Under the pieces are notes generated by a model. That model had not been told where the DNA came from. It did no database searches and was given only the letters and a program-made list of their open reading frames with translations. From Lytechinus pictus (lineage: Eukaryota): 64,000 bases of DNA. Location of the stretch: positions 14,200,001 through 14,264,000 of the forward strand of contig NC_087263.1 of assembly GCF_037042905.1 (NCBI RefSeq), given 5' to 3'. This document shows positions 39,625 to 52,400 of the stretch, one piece after another; positions within the stretch are counted from its first letter, which is position 1, and the number at the start of each line of letters is the position of its first letter. The translations under genes and the position numbers were made by a program.

Positions 39625-41523
39625 CCCTATTTAGACTTGGGGGGGGGGGGGCTAATACAGCCCCCTCCCCCTCAACGTTTTGCATGATAAGTCCGCCGTG
39701 CGATATTTTTTTGTCCACACCGTACACTGACTTTATACTTCTAAGTCTCGCGTAACTTTTCAGACGAAATTTGTCACGTCCACACGTACAGATTTTAAGC
39801 CATGCCCCTATGAACAAAATTTTGTCATGCCCCAAATTGCTCAAATACATGATTCTGTGTACAAAGTCAATACAAATTGAGTTTTCTCATCACAATTAGA
39901 AATGTTTGATTATTTCTAATTTATTTGGTAATACCTAATATGACTATTGTAACTCGTAGATTGCTATTTTTGGGGGAAATATTCTTTATAGCATTTCTAA
40001 CAATTCTACTTGACAAAAAATTTGGTACCATGTTTAATTTCTTAAATATATTTTATTGTTTTAACTTTATTATATCAATTTCTTATATTTCTTTTTTTTT
40101 TCAACTATGTTAGTTGTTTTTTAGCTACATATTTCAAATAACATTTCTGAAGCATAATTATGCTGAAAAAAAAAATTATTCAGCCAGTTAAAATTGAAAA
40201 TAATCAAACATGATCTGTTAGTTTTTTTATTGACTAAGTACACAAAATAATGTATTTGAGCAATTTTGGGCGTGTACATTTTTTGTCTCGCCTGCATAGC
40301 AGAGTGAGACTATAGGCGCTGCTTTTCCGACGGCGGCGGCGTCAACACCAAATCTTAACCTGAGGTTAAGTTTTTGAAATGACAGCATAACTTAATATGT
40401 ATATGGACCTAGTTCATGAAACTTGGCCATAAGGTTAATCAAGTATTACTGAACATCCTGCATGAGTTTCACGTCACATGACCAAGGTCAATGGTCATTT
40501 AGGGTCAATGAACTTAGACCATGTTGGGGCAATCAAAATCTTAACCTAAGGTTAAGTTTTTGAAATGTCATCATAACTTAGAAAATATATGGACCTAGTT
40601 CATTAAACTTATACATAAGGTTAATCAAGTATCACTGAACATCCTGCATGAGTTTCACGTCACATGACCAAGGTCAATGGTCATTTAGGGTCAATGAACT
40701 TTGGCCGAATTGGGGGTATCTGTAGATTTACCATCATAACTTTAAAAGTTTATGGATCTGATTCATGAAACTTAGACATAATAGTAATCAAGTTTTACTG
40801 AACATCCTGTGCAAGTTTCAGGTCACATGATCAAGTTCAAAGGTCATTTAGGGTCAATGAACTTTGGTCAAATTGGGGTATTTGTTGAATTACCGCCATA
40901 ACTTTGAAAGTGTGTTGGTCTAGTTCATAAAACTTGGAGATAAGAGTAATCAAGTATCACTGAACATTCTTTGCGCATTTTAGGTCACATGATCAAGGTC
41001 AAAGGTCAATGAACTTTGGCCATAATGGGGGTATCTGTTGAATTACCATCATAACTTGGAAAGTTGATGGATCTTTCTCTTGAAACTTGGACATAAGAGT
41101 AATCAAGTATCACTGAACATCCTGTGCGAGTTTCAGGTCACATGATCAAGGTCAAAGGTCATGTAAGGTCAATGAACTTTGGCCACGTTGGGGGTATTTG
41201 TTGAATTACCATCATATCTCTATAAGTGTATGGGTCTAGTTCATAAAACGTAGAAATAAGAGTAACCAAGTATCACTGAACATCTTGTGCGAGTTATAGT
41301 AGTTTTCAAAATCAGCACTGCTGCTATATTGAATCGCGTGATGCAGGTGAGACGGCCAGAGGCATTCCACTTGTTTAAAAGGGGTGTGGCTTCAAAATCG
41401 TTTTTGCGGGCATGACAAATTTAGTCTCGAAAATTGCTTGAGACTTGAAAGTTAAAATTCAGGGGACAGCGTGGACAAAAAATTTTGCATGACGGACATG
41501 ACGGACCCCCGGTTTATACAGGG
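39625..41523. mobile_element. Non-autonomous piggyBac-like element (nested)
   Basis: TTAA|ccctatttagactt ... ggtttatacaggg|TTAA. Confidence 0.75.
40279..41375 (+). mobile_element. Helentron-associated (HINE/DINE-1-like) element with internal ~115-120-bp tandem array
   Basis: T-run + subTIR gtctcgcctgcat, nearby inverted gtgagac, (ggc)n microsatellite, ~7 tandem units containing gtcacatga.caaggtcaa, 3' subTIR atgcaggtgagac then ttgttt. Confidence 0.8.
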
Positions 41524-41884
41524 TTAAATTAAGCATATAGATAATGTTGTATTTCTTAAATAGTAACAGTCTAGTCAGATTCCTTGATCCATAAAACCTC
41601 GAATTAGACAAGAAAATCCTGAAAAAATATTTAAAAATGACAAAGATATGGCAATTTTTTTAATTGATTTTCAAGGCTATAATGGCGGCCATCTTGGATC
41701 GATTACATTTTTGGCCCGGGCACCCTGGATTTCCAACTTTTTATTTTTCAAATAAGTTGTCGGTACACTTAGACTCGTCAAAATAAGGTGTGATTAGTGT
41801 GTCTCGGAGATGTGCCCAAAATTTTGCCCTCTATAGCCCACCCCTATTTTGAATATGGGCATTGTTGTGCTTTGAATGATGAGG

Positions 41885-42180
41885 ATTGTATTTCCATTAG
41901 AAACAATTTGACAAGTCACATCTGATATAAATAATGCACAAATGGACTCATTTGATAATTTTTACAGGTGCATTCAGACTCAAATTAGGAAGTGAATTAT
42001 TCATTGTCTGAATTTAAACTACTTATTTGAATTGTATTTCCATTATAAATAGAGACAATTTGACAAGTCACATCTGATGTAAATAATGCACAAATGGACT
42101 CATTTGATATTTTTACATTTGCATTCGGACTCAAATTATGAAGTGAACTATTTTGTCGTCTGAATGTAGACTACTTATTC
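41885..42180. repeat. Two-copy ~152-bp tandem duplication
   Basis: acaatttgacaagtcacatctgat.taaataatgcacaaatggactcatttgata at ~41903 and ~42055. Confidence 0.8.
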
Positions 42181-44793
42181 TATGTTCATAATTGTGTGTC
42201 ATTTGATAATTATTGAAAACTGGTGTTTGAAATATCAGTTGGAAAGTAATTCTCTCTACATAATATCTTAATTTGACAACTATAGTCAGTCATAATTTTA
42301 TTATATGTGAAGTGACCCTGCATGTGCGTTGATGTCATCGTAACACCATCGTAGAGGTCAGCGCCAGTGCCTTAATTCCATGAGTTGTTGATCTGCAACT
42401 TGCGCATCTCTGACAACTCTGTTTTTGCATATTCCTATAACCTTTGAGAGAGGGCGCTATGTTATGACATCACATGCATATGGTCTATTTCGAAGTCGGC
42501 CAGTGACTATATGCCATATGGACATGATTATTCCAATTAATTAGATTGTATTGTAACTTGAAAATCTATTTGCATACATGTATTACCATGTCAACATTGT
42601 CATGTTCTTTTTATAGGTACTGTTGCTCTTTAAATGATGAGAATTGACATGTTCCCTTATAATTAACAAGGTTTATTATGTGTGTTATTACTGTTAACCA
42701 AAGTTCAATTTGATATTTTTTTCAAATGATACGTAGAACATGTAATTTTAGGTTGAATGTTTACCAACAATTATGGAAAGCATGTTAATACTTCATAGTT
42801 AAATGATCTGCATATTAGGACTTAATGAATTTAAACGTGTTTCGATATTATCTGCATTTGAAGAGATATTTGTGTGTGAAAATCATAGCTAGAATAATAC
42901 TATAGATGGAGACCATTTAACAACATACATCTGTTATTTGTACAGGCACATAAACGGACTTAGAAATTCTGTAATGATTTTTCTTTTTAGGCTCTTCTTT
43001 TTTTCTATTCAACAGTGTCTAATTTGTACAGCAGTATAGTAGAAATCATGATTCTCTTTTTTTTTCTTATAAGGTTTGTCATTTCCAAATTTGAATTTTC
43101 CGTATCAGGATGTTCACAGTTGAGTGTCCCCGCCAAATGAGGGGATACTATGAAACATGTTCCGTGCCTATCTGTGTGTCCGTCCGTCAGGCGAAATTTT
43201 TTTTAAAAATTTCTCATTGCATATTGCTGATTTTAATTCCCATTGCTCTGACTGATAAAGATGGGTGAGGGCCTGATAATAACTTCTACACTGAAATGCA
43301 CAAATCACTAAATCATTTGTGACCTTTCGAATCACAATGCTTAATGAATCTGAAACCTGTTTAATTTTCAGAAAATCAACCGTCTTTCATTTTTTGAATT
43401 CTGAACCATTCCAATAAACAACCTTTGGAAATACAATGTACAAACATTTTTAAAAAAGAACCAGTCTAAACTGTTTCCATGCATCATTCATTTGTACATT
43501 CATGAAAATTGTAATTGTTTCCCGTGAATTAATGTAATCGATTTTGGATGAAATCTCTAATAAAAACATGTTTAAAAAAAGAGAATTGTGTATGTGTGCA
43601 TTAATTGTGTGTATGAGGATGTGTTTAAGTATGATTGACAGGCCCCCGAGTCTGATCACCATTCACCCCTTTGAAAAGGGGGTTTCAACACTTTATATCG
43701 TAAAAACCACATTTAATTATGCTATTTTACCCCAGTAAAAAGGGTACAAAAATAAGGAGATTCAACACGTTTTCCAGCGGTTTGATGAGGCTGTAATTTT
43801 AGCATTTAATAAAGTCAAAGTCACATTTATCATGGTAATTTACCCCTTTCAGAAAATGGTAGAATCCACCATATTTTTCAGCCCTATAATATTGCTGTAT
43901 TTTTAACACTTTCAAATTAATCATGGTAATTTACCCCTATCAGAAAAGGGTAGAATCCAGCGTTTTTTTCAGCCCTATAATAGTGCTGTATTTTTAACAC
44001 TTTCAAAAAGGGTAAACCAGCATTTAAAACGCTGTCACTCCTCGCCCCTATTCAAAACGCTGAATTCAGCGTGTAAAAGGGTGGATCCAACACTTCATTT
44101 TTAAGCGTGTACGGGGTTGCCCGCAAGTTGCCCCCCCCCCCCTCCCTGCTTAGGCGCGACTCCGCTTCGTTGAAGAATAGGTCGCGCTTCGCGTTATCTC
44201 TTTATGCCTTTAGAACAAACCTGAGATGTAGTGAAAACTTCAGTCTTTTGATAGAAACACCCCCTAAAAAAAAATCAGCTTTTGGCGGCCAATCTGGTAA
44301 AATGTGAACGGAGATATTTTTCTGCCACCCCCCCCCCCCCATTTGCGAATAGGCAGGATCCTCCCCTGAATATATGGACTTTTTTCACTTACAAATAAGC
44401 ATTGCATTTGCATTTTATTATTAGAGGTGTATTCTGTTCATGATAACTTAAAAAAGCTTGCTTTGAATTCTCATCATTCATTTAGTGAGATACGTATCCT
44501 CCATGTTAAAAAGTGCTTAAAAGGTTTCCACTTCTGGTCGGTATAATACAATTTCATAATAAAATGTCACCTTGTGCTTTATTGGGCTCACATCATTCAT
44601 TAATTGAGATACACAAATTTATCTTTATCTAAAACGTGCTTAAAATGTCAAATTATCAGATAAGAATGTGAAAAATATTCCAGCTGGTGTTTTGCGCCCG
44701 TGTTACTTGATTCACGAGATACACAGCTATTTATTTATAAAAATGTTTCCAGATGTCAGGTTAGAATATCAAAAATTTTCAGCTCGTGCTTAA

Positions 44794-45389
44794 AGGGGAA
44801 TCCAGCCTTGGCCATAAAATGTTGTGTTGGGAAGGGGAAAAATAAATTAAACAGAATGGTGAAAATTTGAAAGAAATTGGACAAGCAATAAGAAAGTTAT
44901 AGCTGCTTTAAAATTGGGATCACTAATAGTATGTAGATTTCAAATTGGCAACTGGGTAAGTAAATTATGACAAGGGGCAAGGATAACTTTCCCATAGGCC
45001 ATGTACTTTATTATCAGGGTTTTGTGGTTTTCTCCTAAGTACCCACTCCTCTGGGGCAGTAATCTAAATATAACCCAGGTAGTATATTGTTTAATGTCCT
45101 CATGAAAGAAAAATGTAATTTGAAATAAAACTTTTCGGAAAAATGACATTTTTAGCCATAATATGTAGTGGAGTACATGGAAGAGTAGTCCTTGCCTTAC
45201 ATCACTATGACATCCCATATGTGGCCAATTTGAAGTCTCCATGAGTATAGTGATTACCAATATTTACAACTTTTAAAAATTCATAACTTTCTTGTTGTTT
45301 GTTCAATATTGTTCAAACTTTCACATATCAACTTGTCTGACTTATCTTTTTCTTATAAAAACAAGTTTTTATTTGGGTTGGATTCCCCT
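44794..45389. mobile_element. Kolobok-like non-autonomous element
   Basis: TTAA|aggggaatcca ... tggattcccct|TTAA. Confidence 0.8.
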
Positions 45390-48300
45390 TTAATTCGCGC
45401 TCGCATCAATATTGTTTAGTTATAATTATACGCATCCTGTCCTGACAGTTTTTATGCAAACGAGAAGCGCGAGCTGAAAATTTTTGATGTTCTAACCTGA
45501 CAACTGAATATGTGCTTTTCATTCAATTGTAAAAATTTCAGCTCTCGCTTCGCGCTCGCACTGATATTTTAATTAGATATGCATCGTGCTCATCATAACA
45601 ACTACTTAAGCCTTCAGGATAAAATACATGAAATATATATATTTTTTTAATAATTAAAAAAATCAGATCGCGCTTTGCGTTCCATTATTTTTTTAGGCCT
45701 TGTGAGATACCTCATTGTGTTTTTAAGAATAAATTTCAGACTTTCTTTAACTTCGTTCTGTACCCCAAAAATTATCTTGGTGCCCCCTAGAAAAAGTCAA
45801 GCCCCCCTCCCCCAGTACGCCCCTGCTGAATAAATCCTAGCTACTCAACTGATGAGATTGAGTCGATTTCCTTCGAGATTACATTTTTTCCACGAGGTTA
45901 TCAATAATAATATAGAAGGATATTCTAAAACGATTAGTAAAGAAATTACAGCTCCCGCTCACAGCGGCGTAACAGGGGTCGGTGGCCGGGGGGGGGGGTG
46001 GGGCAAGAGCCAACAATTTCCCGGTCATATCATATGGTATGAACAGGCGTAATGGTGTGATGAGGCGACTTTTTTGAGAGGGCCAGATATTGTGTATCGG
46101 GCATAATTTATCTTTAAAAATAGTTGCGAGCGGGCGAGCAAAAAAAATGACATTTTTAATACAAAAATCAAATTTTGTGATAGATTTTGACATGATATGC
46201 AGAGAATGATATATTTCACTCTCCTCTCTTTCCATTCCTTTTTTGTGGTCTGTACGCCACTGTGAACAGGATTTTCTGCGGCAGTAGCGTGAAGAGTAAA
46301 AAAAAAACGAAGGGCGCAGTATGGCGCATGTGCTAAAAAGCTGCTTGATATAAGTCCCGAGCGAGCGAAGCGAGCGAGAAAAAAAATCACTTTTTTATGA
46401 GAATCTAACTTTGAGATATTTTTTGACATTACATTCGGTAAATAAAATCATATCGTACACTTTTCTTTTGCTTTTCCCCCTCTTTTTTATTGTTCTTGGT
46501 TGTAGAACTTTTGGGGCCATGGCCCAACCCTTCCATACTCAAATACGACAGTGCTATGCGGTTGGGGTCCGGGGCGGAGCCCCCGGAACTTCTTGATATC
46601 AATGCCATTAAACACTGGCAGATTGCCGCTATTTTTAATCAAATCGCAGATATATACAGAATATAGCATTTACATAACACATTTATTCAACCCAGTTGCG
46701 TAATGAACCACATGAGGGGGCAAAACATAGCAATGTTGGAAAATTTGTAAAAAGTCGCCAGCGAGCAAATGGAAAAAAATTGTCTATTGAAATTAAAATT
46801 CTAATTATGTGATAGATTTTTCCATTATATTCAGCAAATAACACAGTTCATTGTTTCCAGGCATTTCATTATACGTTGTCTCCTATAATTTCTTTTATTT
46901 CCTCTTGGGTGTGGAACCAAGAGGAAATAATCACTGTACGCCAGTGATTGAACGTAAAGCTAAAGGTAGGAAGGGTCCGTACAGGGGGCGTTATAGAGTC
47001 ATTTGGAGCTTATAGATGAAGAGCCCCCACTGCGTGGGGTCTGGGGCAAAGCCCCGGTAGCTTGAGTTTTTTTTCTTGTCCCTTTTCTTTGTTTACCAAT
47101 TTAGCTTTTGACTAATTCCATTCTACCTTCGTTTCCCGCTATCGTTTGCCACTTTGTCATCTTTTAATTTATTTCCCATCATGCTATTGCATTACATAGG
47201 CCTATTTCGGAATGATTTGTTCTTTCTTAAATGTTCTTCTTTCGTTCCTTTTCCCGCTTTTCTTCCTTTTCCATTTAAAAAGAATATTTTTTATTCGTTT
47301 TCTTTTCACTTTTCCCTTTCCCTTTCCTTTTCCTCCTTTCCTTTTCCCTTCTCCTTTCCCTTTCTTTCTCCCTCCCTTTTCTCTTTATCCCAATTTTTAA
47401 ATATTTTCCTGGTGAAATCCGCCAGGGGGCAGCTTGCCCCCCTGCCCCCCCCCCCCGCCTGTTACGCCACTGCCCGCTCACACAATTCTAGTAGGGCCTT
47501 CTCTGATGAGAAGTTAAACGACATGGAAACATGCAAAATCTTAAACAGAAAACCGAAAATCGCTCGCGCTCGCATTAATTCTTTTTTTTAAAGTGATATT
47601 ACATATATTCATGGATTTTTTTTTCATGAACACATAAAAGAGGGGGGGGGGTCTTCAATTGTCCTTTTTTCATGTGAATTTGGAATAAGATAATTCAATA
47701 TGCATTTAAGGCACCTATTTTTGCCTAGCGGGGAGGGTTGGGGCACCATTTTTCGAAAAGTACACAGGGGCGCCAAAATCAGGTCAAATTTGGACCCCCT
47801 CCCTACGAAATCCTGGATCCGCGCCTGCCTACGCCAATTCCTAGCATACAAGGGGCAAGAGCAAACTAGTGATGGTTTCTGTAAAATAAAATTGAAAATC
47901 AGTAATTATCAGAAATAGTGATTTAATAGAGGGAAGAAGGAAATGATTTTGGGGCAAGTGCTCCTACCCAACATGCTCAACATTGCTAGATAACTATTAA
48001 ATAATTCACTCCCCCCCAAAAAAATATATTTATTCAGTATATATGAATAGATTGCCTACATAGTCACCTTGAATACGAATTATGAATTAACCCACTCCTT
48101 GAGTAAATAGAAAACGTAGACCTAAACATTTACATGAACATGAAAATCAATATTTATTGTTCGAAATACAAATCTGAAATAAAAATACTCAGAAAATGCT
48201 TTTTGCCCGATTCATCGTGACCCGGCAGCCACTGTGCAGCGCCAGTGTACACTTTACAAGACTGTCGAAATAAAAATGGAAAAAATAACTCTTTTTGAAG

Positions 48301-48445
48301 CAACACCGATCTTTCGTTCATAATTTTTACCAAACCCCTTTTTATTTGTATATATTTTATAAATCAATCTAATCCATTAGTATTATTTTATGATAAAGGC
48401 TTTTGCCACCAAAAATTGCATTGTTCCAACCAACATCTAGATATA

Positions 48446-48609
48446 CACTGTAAAAAATGAGGTGCTAATTAAGCACTTACAGTGCTTGTATAGTGACTGC
48501 ACTCGAGTGCTGATTTTCTAGTTTTAATTCAAACTAGAAAATCAGCACTCGTAGTGCAGTCACTATATAAACAATATAATTGCTAAAATAGCACTTCATT
48601 TTTACAGTG
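48446..48609. mobile_element. 164-bp CACTG-terminated palindromic MITE (EnSpm/CACTA-like)
   Basis: TA|cactgtaaaaaatgaggtgcta ... tagcacttcatttttacagtg|TA; almost entirely self-complementary. Confidence 0.85.
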
Positions 48610-49450
48610 TAATTTTAGACTTTAACCCTAAATCTATTTATTTCGTTTATTTTATTGTTCTTGGTCATGTACATGCATGCCACCTGAAATCGGTTCTCGA
48701 GAAAGTGCCCCTTGCAGTGACATCAAAACCGGGAGAGCTAGGTAGGGGAAGAGGGGCCGAGTCTCCAGCTTCCCCCTCTGTAGTAAACTTGTATAAAAAT
48801 GTGAAAATGACCATCGAACGGTGATTTTTTTTGCATGTTCACCCCCCCCCACCCTCCACCATCACCACCACTTTTAAAATGGTTCCGGCGGCTCTTGTCT
48901 TGTCCCTATACCACATACACACACACACACACCACGCACACACCTCCTCACACCCTATCTCACACACACACCTCACACACCCACACACACCTCCACACAT
49001 ACACACACCCTCACACACACACACGTTTGTAATATGGTGTTGGCAAATGAAGCGACATTCGATTCACCAACTTTTTTCAGACGTGTATTCGCAAAGCGGG
49101 CGTCGCTTTGACATTTTGATGGAGGGGGGCGGGGGCTAGATTTTATCGACAACCTTCTCGATGTTGCCGAACAAAATGAATGTCTCATCTCTTCATCTTT
49201 GTTCGACATGCAGTAGTCGTGATAGTGGAATGGGGGGGGGGGGGCAGGCGCGGATCCATGCAGTGTGCGCCTTCTAGCGACACCCCTGTACCCAACGGCA
49301 CGAGCGATAAACATCCGTCAACAAATCGGCAGATTAAAAACAAACCCGTCAACGTTTGCTATCGACCTTGCTTGAAAATTGTGGAATCATTAACTCTGCC
49401 ACTTGGTGACCCCTGGCAAATAGGACCCTGTTTAGCAAATCATTTAGAAT

Positions 49451-52400
49451 ATGGCGAGCATACTAGGACCACGCTTTTTGCCATTTCTTTTCTATGCTCT
49501 GGCATTTTTTATGTGGTTATTTCTCTCGTTCGCAGAAGATGCTTTGACCGTGTTTCAGCAAAAACCTCTCATCTTTTCACCAATCAGGACAGTTTTGAAA
49601 GGTGGGTCAAGTGATAATCTATATAGCTTATTTGTTCAATCATTCTTGAATAACAGTGTTTTCAATCAGTATTAATATAGAAATCGCACAACAGCTGTTG
49701 TATTCGATAGGTGTAGGTATAGGCGTCGGATCGCCTCCCAAACGAAAATAAGGGGGTGATTAAAACATATCGATTTGCTTACGAATATTTTTTTTAACAA
49801 CTTGAAAAATAAATATCTTATGCAAATGTATTCTTTAAAGAATTGGGAGCATTATAAAACCATTAAACGTTGCATAAAAATACGATTAAACATTCAAAAT
49901 TGTCATTTATCGATCGGCGCGCGGTTTGCGCAGAATTCTGTATTATAATTTTGCGTGCACTGAGAATTTTTTTTTTGGGGGGGGTATTTTTTGTATTTTT
50001 GTAATTTTACTTTTGCCCGTTCCCTCATCCAAAACATGGATCGGCGCCGCTAGGAATATGTAATGGCAGTATGTAAAGGGTCCCTTAATTGCAACCATTG
50101 CAACCCATCATATTTTAAATTACTCTTTTAAAATAATAAAAACTATTTTCCCCCGCAAAGTGTGCACTATAAATATTCTTCTATCGTCATCAAATTCAGC
50201 GCGGGCGTTTATGTCTCTCACTTTTTCTTAGGCCTACATTCTTCATCATTTTGTTGTGCCCCCCCCCCCCCGGAAAAATGTAAATATTTTTCTTTGACTT
50301 CTTACATTTTAAAAAAAAATTAAGGAAAAAAAATAATGATTTTCGTTATTAAAGTAAACGCTCTCATATCACTCCCATATTGTATTCGCTGCACTGGCTC
50401 CCTATCAAAAATCGGATTATCTTTAAGATTTTGTTGCTTGCTTTTCATAGTATTCTTGGATCAGCACCACAATACAGTCTTTCATTTATCAATTACTACA
50501 GACCAAGCAGGTCTTTGCGCTCATCCACTTCTGGCTTCCTTTTCATTCCAAAAGTTTCAAAAACTTGGGGGGCAAGATCTTTTGCTTTCGCATGCCCCAC
50601 TTTGTGTGCGCTGTAATCTTAGTAATTACGGCTGCCAAGCTACAGCTGGGGTAATAATATCCAAGTCCTTTGGAAGCGCATAGAGACATTATTCATAATC
50701 GTGATATGCGCTATACAAGAACTGTTTATTATTTGTGGAATAGCCTTCCTTAAAGGAGAATGAAACCCTTGAAACCAGCTGAATCCATATCAAAGAGAAA
50801 AATCAAAGAAGCATATTGTTGAAAGTTTGAGGAAGATTGAATGAATAATAAGAAAGTTATGAGCATTTGAATATTGAGATCACTAATGCCATGTAGATCC
50901 TCCCATTGGCAATGCGACCAAGATCTGTGATGTCACACACGTACAACTCCCTCATTGCTTTAGTACTTATTTCACTTATATTCTCACTTTTATAGAATAT
51001 ATCACAAGGTGAGGTGTTCTCTTTATGAGAGGACAAGTACAGAGGTTTCACAACATTATATCATTGATGAATCGTTTGTCATATGATTAGAATGAGCAAA
51101 AAGAGATGTTTTGGGGTATATTTTCAGTGTCCAAAAGGGGAGAGTTGTTCATCTGTGATATCATAGATCTTGGTTGCGTTGCCAATAGGAGGATCTCCAT
51201 AGCATTAGTGATCTCGACATTCAAATGCTCATAACTCTTCTATTGCTAGTCCTATTTTACTCAAACTTTTGTTGATCTTATTCTTTGATTTTTCTGCTTT
51301 CACAAAAGCTAACTTGCTCCAAGAGTTTCATTCTCCTTTAAGACATAAAAAATGTACCTCTGTCGAAACTTTCAAAAATCTTCTAAAAACCTTTTTATTA
51401 AACTTTTAGCTCTTTATGCGCCTTGAGCACTCTACAGAGTGGATTTGGCGCTTTATAAGTCACATTATTATTATTTATTATATAACATAGCGTATGATTA
51501 AAAAAAATCCATAAAAAAGGGCATACTCAGATAAGGATTTCTTATCTTGTAACTTTTTGAAGTCACAGCTCCCCTTACACACAAATGAAGTTGGTTTCCT
51601 CATTATATATATACGCATAAAAATATAATTTTTATTTTCTGTTAATAGATCTTTTAGCTGAAATGACCGTTTCCTTTAATTTCTATTTATATACGTTTTT
51701 CATTATGTTACAGAGTTGTGTTCTATTGCTTCTGTTTCTGTCGCATGCCTCATGATTTTCGTTATTATAGGTTTTCCCGCTCAATTTTACATTTAAATCT
51801 TTTAATTCAATGTTATGTCCATTTAATTTCGCGATAGCCATGATTGCTTCTGCTTTTTGTCATTGTATATCATTATTTGTCAATAGAATGTATTTTCCAG
51901 GCAAAATAAATACCAAACAAGTCACTCGAATTTAGATAAACAGCATGCAATTTAATTAATTCGCAAGCATAACAATGAATTTAAGAAATGGGCATTCAAA
52001 ATCAGATGTTGCATGGCGTTGTAGCTGTTTAGTCAAACGAATTTTCGTATAATATAGGCAAGCACGTTTTAAATTAGTGCATTTGATAAGCAACAGCTTA
52101 CTTAAACTATGTTGATTATTCGGCGATTCTATTTCATGTATAGGCCTAATTTTCCTGTTAGTAATACTTTACTTTGAAATAATGTTGTGAAATGTACTTG
52201 AATATAATAATGTTTTTTTTATAGAAAAGATGTTGCAAATAAAATGAATTCACATGTGGAAAAATGAAATTGAATGCTCATTCCTTGAATTGCATGCTCT
52301 TTATAAAATAATCAGTTGACTCACTTGAAGAATGTTTTGCAGAGATAATGAATATTCATGCGGAAAATTGGAAGGGATGGCTCCATACCATCAATCGGTT

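Larger units (their letters stand above)
39312..41846. mobile_element. Non-autonomous TIR element with ~300-bp imperfect inverted arms, hosting nested insertions
   Basis: tagaggtgggctataga...aatccagggtgccc...ccaagatgg (39312-39620) is mirrored by 41528-41846. Confidence 0.8.
31399..44109. mobile_element. 12.7-kb EnSpm/CACTA-like (CMC) DNA transposon, apparently non-autonomous
   Basis: Perfect 22-bp TIRs CACGCTTAAAAATGAAGTGTTG (imperfect to ~45 bp); TA on both flanks (31397-98, 44110-11); ~91-bp subterminal duplication at ~43830-44005; internal SAMD3-like gene; no transposase ORF recognised. Confidence 0.85.
50385..51482 (+). mobile_element. L2-type LINE 3' end interrupted by a SINE tail and a Kolobok-like MITE
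   Basis: LHWLPIKNRIIFKILLL...SAPQY...RSLRSS...GARSFAFACPTL|WNSLP; tail gcgccttgagcac...gcgctttataagt(att)n. Confidence 0.85.

Noticed and set aside
47500..47540. ctgatgag...gaaac hammerhead-like words
   Set aside because: No stem II pairing between the motifs.
49180..49614. Alternative hydrophobic frame over ST8Sia exon 1
   Set aside because: Its phase at the 49601 donor does not continue through the 58612 exon; the ATG 49451 frame does.
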